DNA from: Planctomycetota bacterium | Lineage (GTDB): Bacteria > Planctomycetota > Planctomycetia > Isosphaerales > Isosphaeraceae | NCBI GenBank assembly: GCA_028291545.1 | Contig: JAQGHR010000040.1 | Coordinates: 96,589-160,588, forward strand | Direction: 5' to 3' | Length of the DNA: 64,000 nucleotides | In this document: positions 18,940 to 27,455 of the stretch, piece by piece | How positions within the stretch are numbered: position 1 is the first letter of the stretch | How the letters are laid out: each line of letters opens with the position of its first letter | The notes under the pieces: model-generated | The model's database searches: none | Seen by the model: the letters and a program-made list of their open reading frames with translations, nothing else | What the model was told of the DNA's origin: nothing | Made by a program: the position numbers and the translations under genes

Positions 18940-20123
18940 GGATCGGGATCGACGGGGGATGCCTGTCCAATCGCCGCGGGTTCGGCCGGTTCGCGAGGCA
19001 GACCCTCCAGGCTCTGGCCGAGGTCGGCGACAACGCCCATGAGTTCGTCGTGCTCGTGGATCGGCCCTCGCTCGATCAGGTGGAAATCCCCTCTGCGTTC
19101 GAGACCAGGCCCGTCGAGGTTCGCGAGGCGCCAAGCCGCGCGGCGTCTGCAACGGGCCGGCGCGGGGTGCGTGACCTCCTCGCCATGGGTCGTGCGGCCG
19201 CGAAGTCTCGCCTGGACATGATGTACTTCCCCGCCTCGTACAGCTTCTTCCCCGTATGGAATGTCGGCAAGGTCGTCGTGACGATGCACGACACACTAGC
19301 TCTGGCGCACCCGGAACTCGTGTTTACGAACTGGAGAGGCCGCCTCGCCTGGGCCGTCAAGGAGCACGCGGCCGTTCGGTGGGCGGACCGGATCTTGACC
19401 GTCTCTCAGGCGGCCCGGAACGACCTGATCGCCTGGTTCGGCCTGGAACCGCACGAGGTGGGCGTGGTGCCCGAAGGGCCGGAATCGGTCTTTCGCCCTG
19501 TGAGGGACTCGGAGGAATCGAGGTCGATCCTCAGGAAGTATCGGATCGATCCCTCCCGGCGATTCCTGCTCTACGTCGGGGGATTGAGCCCGCACAAGAA
19601 CCTTCCGAGGCTGCTCGAAGCCTTCGCGACTGGCGCTTCCGATGATGTCGATCTGATCCTTGTGGGCGATACCGGCGATGTGTTCCTGACGCATGTGCCC
19701 GCACTCAAAGCGGCCGTCAAGCGATTGGGACTCCAATCGCGGGTGAATTTCACGGGATTCGTGCCCGATGCGGAGCTGGCGCATCTCTACTCGCGCGCCT
19801 ATGCCCTGGTGCAACCGTCCTTGATGGAAGGGTTCGGGCTACCCCCCGTGGAGGCGATGGCCTGCGGCACCCCCATCCTTTCCAGCCGAGCTGGTTCCCT
19901 CCCCGAAGTGGTGGGCAAGGCGGGCATCTTCTTCGACCCGACCGACGTGGGGGCCATGGCGGACGCAATCCGCGATTTCCTCGGCTCGGCCGAGCGGCGA
20001 CGGGACCTCGCGGCGAAGGCGCTCGATCGCTCCTCGCTGTTCACATGGTCGGCGGCGGCCTCCGCGCTGCTGGAATGCTTCGATTCTCTGGATGCCGGCC
20101 GCGCGCCGGGGAGGGCCGCGTGA
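18936..20123 (+). CDS. Glycosyltransferase family 1 (GT4).
   Basis: ATGA overlap at 18936-18939. MRIGIDGGCLSNRRGFGRF. EGFGLPPVEAMACGTPILSSRAGSLPEVVG. Confidence 0.9.
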   Translation: MRIGIDGGCLSNRRGFGRFARQTLQALAEVGDNAHEFVVLVDRPSLDQVEIPSAFETRPVEVREAPSRAASATGRRGVRDLLAMGRAAAKSRLDMMYFPASYSFFPVWNVGKVVVTMHDTLALAHPELVFTNWRGRLAWAVKEHAAVRWADRILTVSQAARNDLIAWFGLEPHEVGVVPEGPESVFRPVRDSEESRSILRKYRIDPSRRFLLYVGGLSPHKNLPRLLEAFATGASDDVDLILVGDTGDVFLTHVPALKAAVKRLGLQSRVNFTGFVPDAELAHLYSRAYALVQPSLMEGFGLPPVEAMACGTPILSSRAGSLPEVVGKAGIFFDPTDVGAMADAIRDFLGSAERRRDLAAKALDRSSLFTWSAAASALLECFDSLDAGRAPGRAA

Positions 20124-21370
20124 AGTTCTGCATGCTGACGACGTTCTTCGGCCCTCACAGTTTCGGTGGCGATGCCGCGTTCGTGGATCGTCTGTCCCGC
20201 GCCCTGGCCAGGCACGGGCACGAGGTGCATGTGATCTACTGCAAAGATGCCTTCGACCTGGTTCGCGGCGAGCAAACACCACGGCCGTACCAGGCTCCTC
20301 GCGACGTCACGATTCACCCGCTGGAGAGCCCGGCCGGCCCCTTATCGCCCCTGCTCACGCATCAGACGGGTCACCCGGCGTTCAAGGCTCGCGCGATCCA
20401 GAAGCTGATCGGAGAAATCCGGCCGGACGTGGTGCATTTTCACAACCTGTCGCTGATTGGCGGACCCGGCCTGCTGGCAATGTCCATGCCGGGCGCGATG
20501 AAGCTCATGACGACGCACGAACACTGGCTGGTCTGCCCGCTCCATGTCCTCTGGAAGTTCGGCTCCGAGGTCTGCGAGACGCCCGAATGCGTGAAGTGCT
20601 GCGTAAGGGAACGTAAGCCTCCGCAATTTTGGCGTAAGACCGACCTCACGGGACGCTCGCTACGCCACCTAGACGCTCTGATCTGCCCGAGTCGATCGAC
20701 TCAACGTGAGCATGCCCGCCGCGGCATCCGGTTTCCGACCACGCATCTCCCCTACTTTCTGCCGGAAGACTACACGGGCATGCCCGAGGCCCCGACGCCG
20801 AGGTACGCTCGACCGTACGTCGCGGCGGCCGGCCGACTGGAGAAGATCAAGGGGTTTCAGGACGCCATCGACGCGATGCGGTCGTTGCCGGGTCTGGACC
20901 TGCGAATCGCCGGGGCCGGTCAGTTCGAGGGCGAGTTGCGAGCCCGGGCCAAGGGCCTGACTAACGTCCATTTCGAGGGCCGCCTCGACGCCGCCCAGCT
21001 CGCCGCGTTCTTCCGAGGTGCCAGAGCCGTGGTCGTACCTTCGCTCGTCTACGAGACCTTCGGCTACGTCGTCCTGGAGGCGTTCGCCGAGGGAACGCCG
21101 GTCGTCGTTCGCGACCTCGGCGCCCTGCCCGAGCTCGTGGCGGAGAGCGGCGGAGGTCTCGTTTTCGACACGCCGGGCGGCCTGGTGGACGCGCTCGACC
21201 GGATCATGGGCGACGACGTCCTCAGGGACGAACTGGGCGCGAACGGGCGAGCGGCCAGGAATGGAATCTGGTCCGAGGAGGAGCATCTCAAACGCTACTT
21301 CGACCTCATCGACGGCGCCCGGATTCCCCGAGCCCGGACTCGTCCCAGACGCGCTGAAGCTCGCGTGTGA
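20120..21370 (+). CDS. Glycosyltransferase family 1 (GT4).
   Basis: GTGA overlap at 20120-20123 (alternative ATG at 20132). FGPHSFGGDAAFVDRLSRALARHGHEVHVIY. ETFGYVVLEAFAEGTPVVVRDLGALPELV. Confidence 0.85.
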   Translation: MKFCMLTTFFGPHSFGGDAAFVDRLSRALARHGHEVHVIYCKDAFDLVRGEQTPRPYQAPRDVTIHPLESPAGPLSPLLTHQTGHPAFKARAIQKLIGEIRPDVVHFHNLSLIGGPGLLAMSMPGAMKLMTTHEHWLVCPLHVLWKFGSEVCETPECVKCCVRERKPPQFWRKTDLTGRSLRHLDALICPSRSTQREHARRGIRFPTTHLPYFLPEDYTGMPEAPTPRYARPYVAAAGRLEKIKGFQDAIDAMRSLPGLDLRIAGAGQFEGELRARAKGLTNVHFEGRLDAAQLAAFFRGARAVVVPSLVYETFGYVVLEAFAEGTPVVVRDLGALPELVAESGGGLVFDTPGGLVDALDRIMGDDVLRDELGANGRAARNGIWSEEEHLKRYFDLIDGARIPRARTRPRRAEARV

Positions 21371-22517
21371 CGGCGGCGGCAAACGCCTCCATGCGAAACC
21401 GCGAGGCGTGCTCCAGGCCGATCGCGACGCGCTCTGCGCGGAATGACGACTCCGTCGCCAGGGAAGACATCGCCGCCGCCAGGGATTCGGCCGTTGCCTC
21501 ATCCAGATATACCGGTCCGTCGCCTCCCGCCTCGATCAGGGCATCGCGCCGCAGCGTGATCACCGGGCAACCGCTGGCCATCGCCTCGACGACGGGCAGC
21601 CCGAACCCCTCATGTTCGGACGGATAGAGTACGGCCCTCGCCGTCGCCATCAGCCCACGCAGGATCGGCTCGGAGACGTGACCGGCATTGAGAACCCCGT
21701 CTCCCTCGCATCGGTTCGGCAGGCCCCGGTCCGCCACCTCGCCAACGAAGACGAGCCGATGCGATGGAAACCCGATCCGGTGCCTTCGAAACGCGTCCAG
21801 GATCGCCGGGATGTTCCTTCGCCGCGACTGCTTGCCCACAAACAGGAAAAACGGGGCTCCGCCCAGCTTGAGCGTCTCCCGTGCCTGCCTGACCTCCATC
21901 GCGTCCGCCGCTAGCGGACGGAACGCGGGTTCGGGTGCCGGGTGGATCACCGTCATCCGGTCGCGAGACAGACCGTAGACTCGCGAGAGGTCCGCGGCCG
22001 TGGCCTCGGAAGGAACGATGACCCGATCGGCCCGAGCGACCGCGTTCCGGTACCGGCGCCCGAATCGCAGCCGGACCAGTCGCGAGAACTCGTCGGGCCG
22101 TCGTTCCTGGAGTGCGTCGAACATCACCAGTACGGTCGGTCCCCGCCAGTTCGACGGGATCAGGTTCGTTGGAGCGAACAGCAGATCCCCCCGACGCAGC
22201 GTCCTGCCCAATCCGAACCGCTCCCACAGCAGACCCGGGAGCCCTGGCGCGACCAGTTCAGTACGCAGCCCCGCCGAAGCCGGCACGCGGTCTTGTCCCG
22301 CGGCACCGGCAAGAGCAACGCAGGTCTCGGTCGCGGGTAGACCCGATCGTGCCCACTCCTGAAGCAAGCATTCCAGGTAGCGGCCGACGCCCGTCCGATG
22401 GGCGGTCAGTCGCCGGCCGTCGATGACCAGCCGAGGAATCCGCGACGTGGTACCATCGCGAATCCAGGATTCGGCCTTCGATCGTACAAATTGCGAATCG
22501 TCCCGGTGCGTCGCCAC
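21306..22517 (-). CDS. Glycosyltransferase family 1 (GT4). It is convergent with the previous GT, and the 3' ends overlap by 65 nt.
   Basis: LVIDGRRLTAHRTGVGRYLECLL. EGFGLPVVEAMASGCPVITL. Confidence 0.85.
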   Translation of the reverse strand: MATHRDDSQFVRSKAESWIRDGTTSRIPRLVIDGRRLTAHRTGVGRYLECLLQEWARSGLPATETCVALAGAAGQDRVPASAGLRTELVAPGLPGLLWERFGLGRTLRRGDLLFAPTNLIPSNWRGPTVLVMFDALQERRPDEFSRLVRLRFGRRYRNAVARADRVIVPSEATAADLSRVYGLSRDRMTVIHPAPEPAFRPLAADAMEVRQARETLKLGGAPFFLFVGKQSRRRNIPAILDAFRRHRIGFPSHRLVFVGEVADRGLPNRCEGDGVLNAGHVSEPILRGLMATARAVLYPSEHEGFGLPVVEAMASGCPVITLRRDALIEAGGDGPVYLDEATAESLAAAMSSLATESSFRAERVAIGLEHASRFRMEAFAAAVTRELQRVWDESGLGESGRRR

Positions 22518-22578
22518 GATAGTTCTTCAAGGGCCAAATAAAACGTGCGTAAATTCCCCGAAGGAAAGGAGACCGGGG

Positions 22579-22614
22579 ATCGACCCTCCCTGGATTATCG
22601 ACCCTCCCTGGATT
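22579..22614. repeat. Exact 18-nt tandem direct repeat (ATCGACCCTCCCTGGATT x2), followed by a CCTGGAT/ATCCAGG hairpin.
   Basis: Copies at 22579-22596 and 22597-22614 are identical. Inverted repeat 22608-22614 / 22623-22629. Confidence 0.85.
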
Positions 22615-22974
22615 TCCGATCGATCCAGGCCGGGTTCGGCGACTCTCCAATCGATCGAATCCGGCAAATTATCGCCAATTCTCACGGAACGGCCTTCGCT
22701 TAGCTTGACCCGCATGATACACTATTTCTGTTCTCTAAGTTTTTGTGTTATCCCCGCCGGCTTGAGGCCGATTGCTCCCTCGCGAGCCGTTTGACCGTTC
22801 GTTTGGTCTATCTGCGCTGACCTCCCCCTGCCAAGCCCAGCATCCTGCCTTGGGCGAGGCCATCCTGTGTGTTGTGGCGCGACCAGGCTGACACGGAAGC
22901 CGCGTTCCGAACGCGGGACGACCGATTGCGTCGTCGCCGCCGCGCCACAAGTCGGGGTGTGAAGGAGAGTTAGG

Positions 22975-24303
22975 TTGCAGACGACGACGCAGACGACGGA
23001 AACTCCGTCCGGATTCACCAAGCTCGGTCTCTCGGAAGTGACGCTCCTCGCGCTTGAACGCGCCGGGTTCCAAACTCCGAGCCCCGTGCAGACCCATCTC
23101 ATCCCTCCGGCGATGCTGGGTCGCGACTGCCTTGGCAACGCCCCGACGGGCACTGGCAAGACGGCCGCCTTTCTCGTGCCGATCATCGAGAAGCTCGACG
23201 ACCGCGAACGCGGGGTTCAGGCCCTGATCCTCGTGCCGACGCGAGAACTCGCCCATCAGATCGGCCGCGAGTTCGAAACGCTTTCCCATGGCCGGCGTCT
23301 CCGCGCCGCGGCCATCGTGGGGGGCGAGTCTATGTTCAAGCAGATCAAGCTCTTGCAGTCCGGCTGCCAGATCGTGATCGCCACCCCGGGCCGGCTGATG
23401 GATCTCATGGATCGGAACGCGATCCGGCTCGACAAGGCCCGCTTCGTGGTCCTGGACGAGGCCGACCAGATGCTCGACATCGGGTTCCGCCCGGCCGTCG
23501 AATCGATCATGGACGCCTGCCCGACGCCCCGGCAGACGTTCCTCCTGTCGGCCACCATGCCGCGCGAGGTTCGTGACCTGACGCGACGTTACCTGGTCGA
23601 CCCGGCCGACGTCCGCCTGATTCATGAGGACGAAGACGCGACGATCCCGGCCATCCGCCAGGCCTTCGTCATGGTCGCCCCCGAGCGAAAGCTCGAGCTG
23701 CTCTTTCGATTGTTGGAACGCGAGCAGCCAACTCGCGCCATCGTCTTCTGCCGCACCAAGCACGGGGCGGACAAGGTGGGCAATCTGCTCCGTAACGATG
23801 GATTCAAGGCCGAGGCGATGCACGGCGACCTGTCGCAGGGGCAGCGAAATCGTGTCCTCGCGGCCTTCCGGTCGGGACGGCTCACGACCCTTGTTGCGAC
23901 CGATGTCGTCGGCCGCGGGATCGACGTGCCGGGTATCTCTCACGTCGTGAATTTCGATATCCCGGAAGACCCCGAGCACTATGTCCATCGCATCGGCCGC
24001 ACCGGCCGGATGGGCAAGGACGGCGCGGCATTCACCTTCATCTTGCCCGATCAGGGTAAGCTCCTGGACCAGATTGAGAAGTCGATCTCTCGTCGACTCG
24101 ATCAGGACCAGGTCGAGGGGGTTCCGACGCTCTTGAGGCCGATGACCGCCCCGAAGCGCGGCCAGCAGGGCCGTCCGTTCCAGGGAGGCGGTCGCGGCCG
24201 TCGGATGGCACCCGCGGCCCCGCAGCATCGCCGAGGTCAGGGCCTGCCCGTCGGCAGCGGGATTCGCCGCAAGCGATCGAATTCGCCCCAGCGTACCTCC
24301 TGA
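22975..24303 (+). CDS. DEAD-box ATP-dependent RNA helicase with an RG-rich C-terminal tail.
   Basis: Q motif GFQTPSPVQ, Walker A APTGTGKTAAF, VLDEADQM, SAT, HRIGRTGR. GAAGGAGAG RBS 5 nt upstream of the TTG start. Confidence 0.9.
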   Translation: MQTTTQTTETPSGFTKLGLSEVTLLALERAGFQTPSPVQTHLIPPAMLGRDCLGNAPTGTGKTAAFLVPIIEKLDDRERGVQALILVPTRELAHQIGREFETLSHGRRLRAAAIVGGESMFKQIKLLQSGCQIVIATPGRLMDLMDRNAIRLDKARFVVLDEADQMLDIGFRPAVESIMDACPTPRQTFLLSATMPREVRDLTRRYLVDPADVRLIHEDEDATIPAIRQAFVMVAPERKLELLFRLLEREQPTRAIVFCRTKHGADKVGNLLRNDGFKAEAMHGDLSQGQRNRVLAAFRSGRLTTLVATDVVGRGIDVPGISHVVNFDIPEDPEHYVHRIGRTGRMGKDGAAFTFILPDQGKLLDQIEKSISRRLDQDQVEGVPTLLRPMTAPKRGQQGRPFQGGGRGRRMAPAAPQHRRGQGLPVGSGIRRKRSNSPQRTS

Positions 24304-24321
24304 TCGTCCTCGACAAGTCCC

Positions 24322-24368
24322 GAAACGCGTCAGGTCATCCATCGCGGCTGGCCTGACGCGTTTCTTTG
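24322..24368 (+). terminator. Rho-independent terminator candidate after the helicase gene.
   Basis: GAAACGCGTCAGG (24322-24334) / CCTGACGCGTTTC (24352-24364), a 13-bp perfect stem followed by a TTTCTTT-type tail. Confidence 0.6.
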
Positions 24369-24451
24369 CGCGCTTGCTTGACCCGTCCGGCCACTCATGG
24401 CACATTCGGACGTCCCTCGATCTTCCGGACCCGTGAGAAAGACCTCGTCCC

Positions 24452-25465
24452 ATGGCGCAACGCTTTCGCTTGAACGTGCGTCAATGGCCCCGGCAACGCT
24501 GGATCGGGATCGGCCTGATCTCTGCAAGCCTGCTCGCTCTCGGCTGGTGGTCGAGCCTTTTTCTCGGAGGCGGAGAGACGCCGGTTTTTCCCCTGCCGAT
24601 GGCCGAATCGCCGGTAGAACCATCGCAACTGCCCCAGGTGCTCGACGACGACTTCCTCTACGGGGCTCGTGGCGATGATGATCTGCTGGTCAAGATCGAC
24701 CCCAGGACGGGCACGGCGACCCGCCAATTCGAGATGGGTCTACGTCTGGGCGTCGAAGAGCTGGTGATGGACCCTTCGGGACGCATTTTCGGCATTGCGG
24801 GAATCCTCACCGGCTATCTCTTTCGGGTCACTCCGGAAACAGGAAAGACCGTCAAGATCGCGGACATTTCCGGTGCATCGAAGACCTATAAAGTGCTCGA
24901 AGCCATGGCGTTCGTTGACGGAGTTCTTTACGCCTCGGCGAGTTCGGACGACAGTTACTGCGGTGACTGTGCGAATCACCTGATCAAATTGGATCTGGCC
25001 ACGGGCAAGGCCAGCGAGATCGGCACTTTCGGCCCCGATTTCCTCAACATCGAGGCGATGGCCTACTCGCCTCGTCACGGTCTGATCGGCGCGGACATCG
25101 GCACCCTGATCGGGCCCGATTTTCGCGAATTTCACACCCGCCCCGCACTCGTCAGGATCGACTTGTCCTCCGGGCAGGCCACCAAGATCGGCGACCTGCC
25201 TCCGAAGACGGACGTCCTCGTCCCAAACGCGACCAACAACAAACTGAGCCCGTTCGGCCCTTTCCTTTGCGGGATGACGTTTGCCCCCGACGGCACGCTC
25301 TACGCTTCGACCTTTCCCACCCATTTCGGGGGAGATTCAAGGCTCGTGCGCGTGAACCCCGAGACGGCGAGCGTGATCGATGTCGGCTCGATGGGCTTGA
25401 AAAACGTGGATGGAATCGTCTACGTCCGCCCCCGAAAACCGACGGAACCAAAGACCGGCCCATGA
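24452..25465 (+). CDS. Hypothetical membrane-anchored protein with repeated beta-propeller-like blades.
   Basis: N-terminal TM helix WIGIGLISASLLALGWW. Recurring L..ID..TG.AT.IG and DG.LYAS segments. Confidence 0.5.
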   Translation: MAQRFRLNVRQWPRQRWIGIGLISASLLALGWWSSLFLGGGETPVFPLPMAESPVEPSQLPQVLDDDFLYGARGDDDLLVKIDPRTGTATRQFEMGLRLGVEELVMDPSGRIFGIAGILTGYLFRVTPETGKTVKIADISGASKTYKVLEAMAFVDGVLYASASSDDSYCGDCANHLIKLDLATGKASEIGTFGPDFLNIEAMAYSPRHGLIGADIGTLIGPDFREFHTRPALVRIDLSSGQATKIGDLPPKTDVLVPNATNNKLSPFGPFLCGMTFAPDGTLYASTFPTHFGGDSRLVRVNPETASVIDVGSMGLKNVDGIVYVRPRKPTEPKTGP

Positions 25466-25517
25466 TGCGCCGGAGCTTGGCTCGCCGCAGTCGCTCCGAT
25501 CAAGAGCGCAGGCCGTC

Positions 25518-27317
25518 CTACACGTCCAGTCCGACCGCCCGCATCAGGGCCAGGGCGTTGCTCTTCTTCACGACCCCAGGCCGCATGGTGTAATCGAAGC
25601 GCATCACTCCGTCCTCAAAGTGATCTTCGAAGTGGACATTCGCGGCCCGAGGCGTAAGCGTTTCGCCCACCTCGGCCAGCGCGAGGTCGTGGGTCGTGAC
25701 CAGGCCGATCGCCCCGCGATCGATCAGGCCGCGAACGATCGCCGAAGCCCCTTCGAGCCGGTCGTGCGAGTTCGTCCCGTGAAGGATCTCATCGAGTAAG
25801 AACATCAACGGCAAGGGGCCGCCGGTGAGATCCACGACCTGTCGTAGTCGGAGGATTTCCGCGTAAAATCGCGATTTTCCCTCCTGAAGCGAGTCCTGGA
25901 TTCGCAGCGTCGCGCCGATCGCCACCGGCGAGATCCGGAGCCGTTCGGCCTTCACCGGAGCGCCGGCCAGCCCCAGCACCACATTCACACCCACGGAGCG
26001 GAGGAGCGTGCTCTTGCCCGACATATTCGAGCCGCTCACGATCAAGACGCACGGCTCGCCTCCCAATCGGAGGTCGTTGCGGACACAAGATGAGTCCGGC
26101 AATAACGGATGTCCCAGGGCGGTTGCCTCGAGGATCGTCCCGGCCGGATCCGCAATCTCGGCGAACGGGTCGTCGGGATTTTCAAAGCTGTAGGCCGCGA
26201 TCGAACTGATCGCCTCGAACTCCGCCATCGCCGACACCCATCCGGCCACGTCGCGGCCCCATCGCCTCCTCCACCCTTCGACGGCCAGCGCCACGTGAGT
26301 CCCCCAGAGCCACAGCAAGGAGGACGGCGCGAAGAACATATTTCTCCGCCACTCCAGGCGATCGACCGTTCTGTGCAGCGCTGAAATCCGCGATGACGCT
26401 GTCTGGCCATCGGCCATCAAAGCGAAGCGCAACCTCGTCAGCAGGGCGGAGGCAAATGACTCCTGTTCGATCCGGTCCAACGTCGCCGCGAGCATGGCCA
26501 GTTCATCGGCCCGCCGCGAGACCCGCTCAAGGATTCGGTTGCATCGCTTCATCAGCCAGAGGGCGAACGCCGCCTCGGCCACGAACACCGCAAGGACGGC
26601 TCGACCATCGAAGTTGAAGAAAAGCCATCCCACCACGGCCACCGTTGCCCCGATCGCCAGAATCGCGGCGGCGGACCGGGCCTGCCCTAGCGGGATCGGT
26701 ACCCTTTCCGCGCACCAGGCCGCCAGGCCCTCGACATCCACGACGTCGCCCAGGCCCTCCCCGAGTCGAGCGAGATCTTCTCTCAGGTCGAGCCTCTCAC
26801 GCAATTCCGCGATGGCCTCCTGGCGCAGCGCGATGGTCGCACGATCCGCGGGCGCGAGAAGCCAGGACGCCAGCACAGCCTCGCCTTTGCGCGTCCGCGC
26901 CGTCGAAAGCCTCTGGAACAGCGATCCCTTCCCGAACAGGTCGAGATCGGCCGAATACGGGTGGGTCGGATCAAGAAACCGAGATCCGTCCCCGCCAAGC
27001 CCGATCCACCGGTCGTCGACCCGCGCCAGCCCTCGCTCATAGACCGCGATCGCCTTCTTCGCCCGATCGCGAGCCCGTCCGGCTCGCTCGTGCAGGCGGA
27101 TCAGTCCCAGGAAGCCTCCCGCCGGGATCAGGAGCCACCATGCCGAGAGCCAACCGGCCACAACCGACGCCCAGGCCAGTGGGATCGCGAGCAGGACCAG
27201 TACGAGCCTTCCATTTGCGATCGCCGCATCACGCCGGTCCTGGACCGCTTCTACCTCGCGTGCAACGACCAGGCGCCGCGTGTATTCCTCACGAGGCGAA
27301 CGAGAGGCGATATTCAA
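25518..27317 (-). CDS. MutS-related ATPase (MutS domain V only) with an N-terminal multi-TM region.
   Basis: GSNMSGKSTLLRSVGVNVVLGLAGAPV (Walker A), LLDEILHGTNSHDR (Walker B region), TTHD. There are hydrophobic helices in the first ~250 aa. No mismatch-binding domain is evident. Confidence 0.8.
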   Translation of the reverse strand: MNIASRSPREEYTRRLVVAREVEAVQDRRDAAIANGRLVLVLLAIPLAWASVVAGWLSAWWLLIPAGGFLGLIRLHERAGRARDRAKKAIAVYERGLARVDDRWIGLGGDGSRFLDPTHPYSADLDLFGKGSLFQRLSTARTRKGEAVLASWLLAPADRATIALRQEAIAELRERLDLREDLARLGEGLGDVVDVEGLAAWCAERVPIPLGQARSAAAILAIGATVAVVGWLFFNFDGRAVLAVFVAEAAFALWLMKRCNRILERVSRRADELAMLAATLDRIEQESFASALLTRLRFALMADGQTASSRISALHRTVDRLEWRRNMFFAPSSLLWLWGTHVALAVEGWRRRWGRDVAGWVSAMAEFEAISSIAAYSFENPDDPFAEIADPAGTILEATALGHPLLPDSSCVRNDLRLGGEPCVLIVSGSNMSGKSTLLRSVGVNVVLGLAGAPVKAERLRISPVAIGATLRIQDSLQEGKSRFYAEILRLRQVVDLTGGPLPLMFLLDEILHGTNSHDRLEGASAIVRGLIDRGAIGLVTTHDLALAEVGETLTPRAANVHFEDHFEDGVMRFDYTMRPGVVKKSNALALMRAVGLDV

Positions 27318-27455
27318 GGAATCGAGATCCTGAGCCTGAGAGGGGGACTTGGGGCAAACCGTCGTGCAAGAATCTCACAGGTTACGAAAAACAACCCCGC
27401 CTGGCCACGTTAGTGCGACCGGACGGGGAGGATGTTCGACGAGCCTCGGAACCTC

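Noticed and set aside
22579-22614. CRISPR-like repeat.
   Set aside because: There are only two directly abutting 18-nt copies, with no spacers. There are no cas genes in the window.
22735-24453. 572-aa ORF on the minus strand.
   Set aside because: It is fully antisense to the clearly motif-bearing DEAD-box helicase gene. The sequence is Arg/Gly/Ala-rich with no motifs. This is a typical GC-driven shadow ORF.
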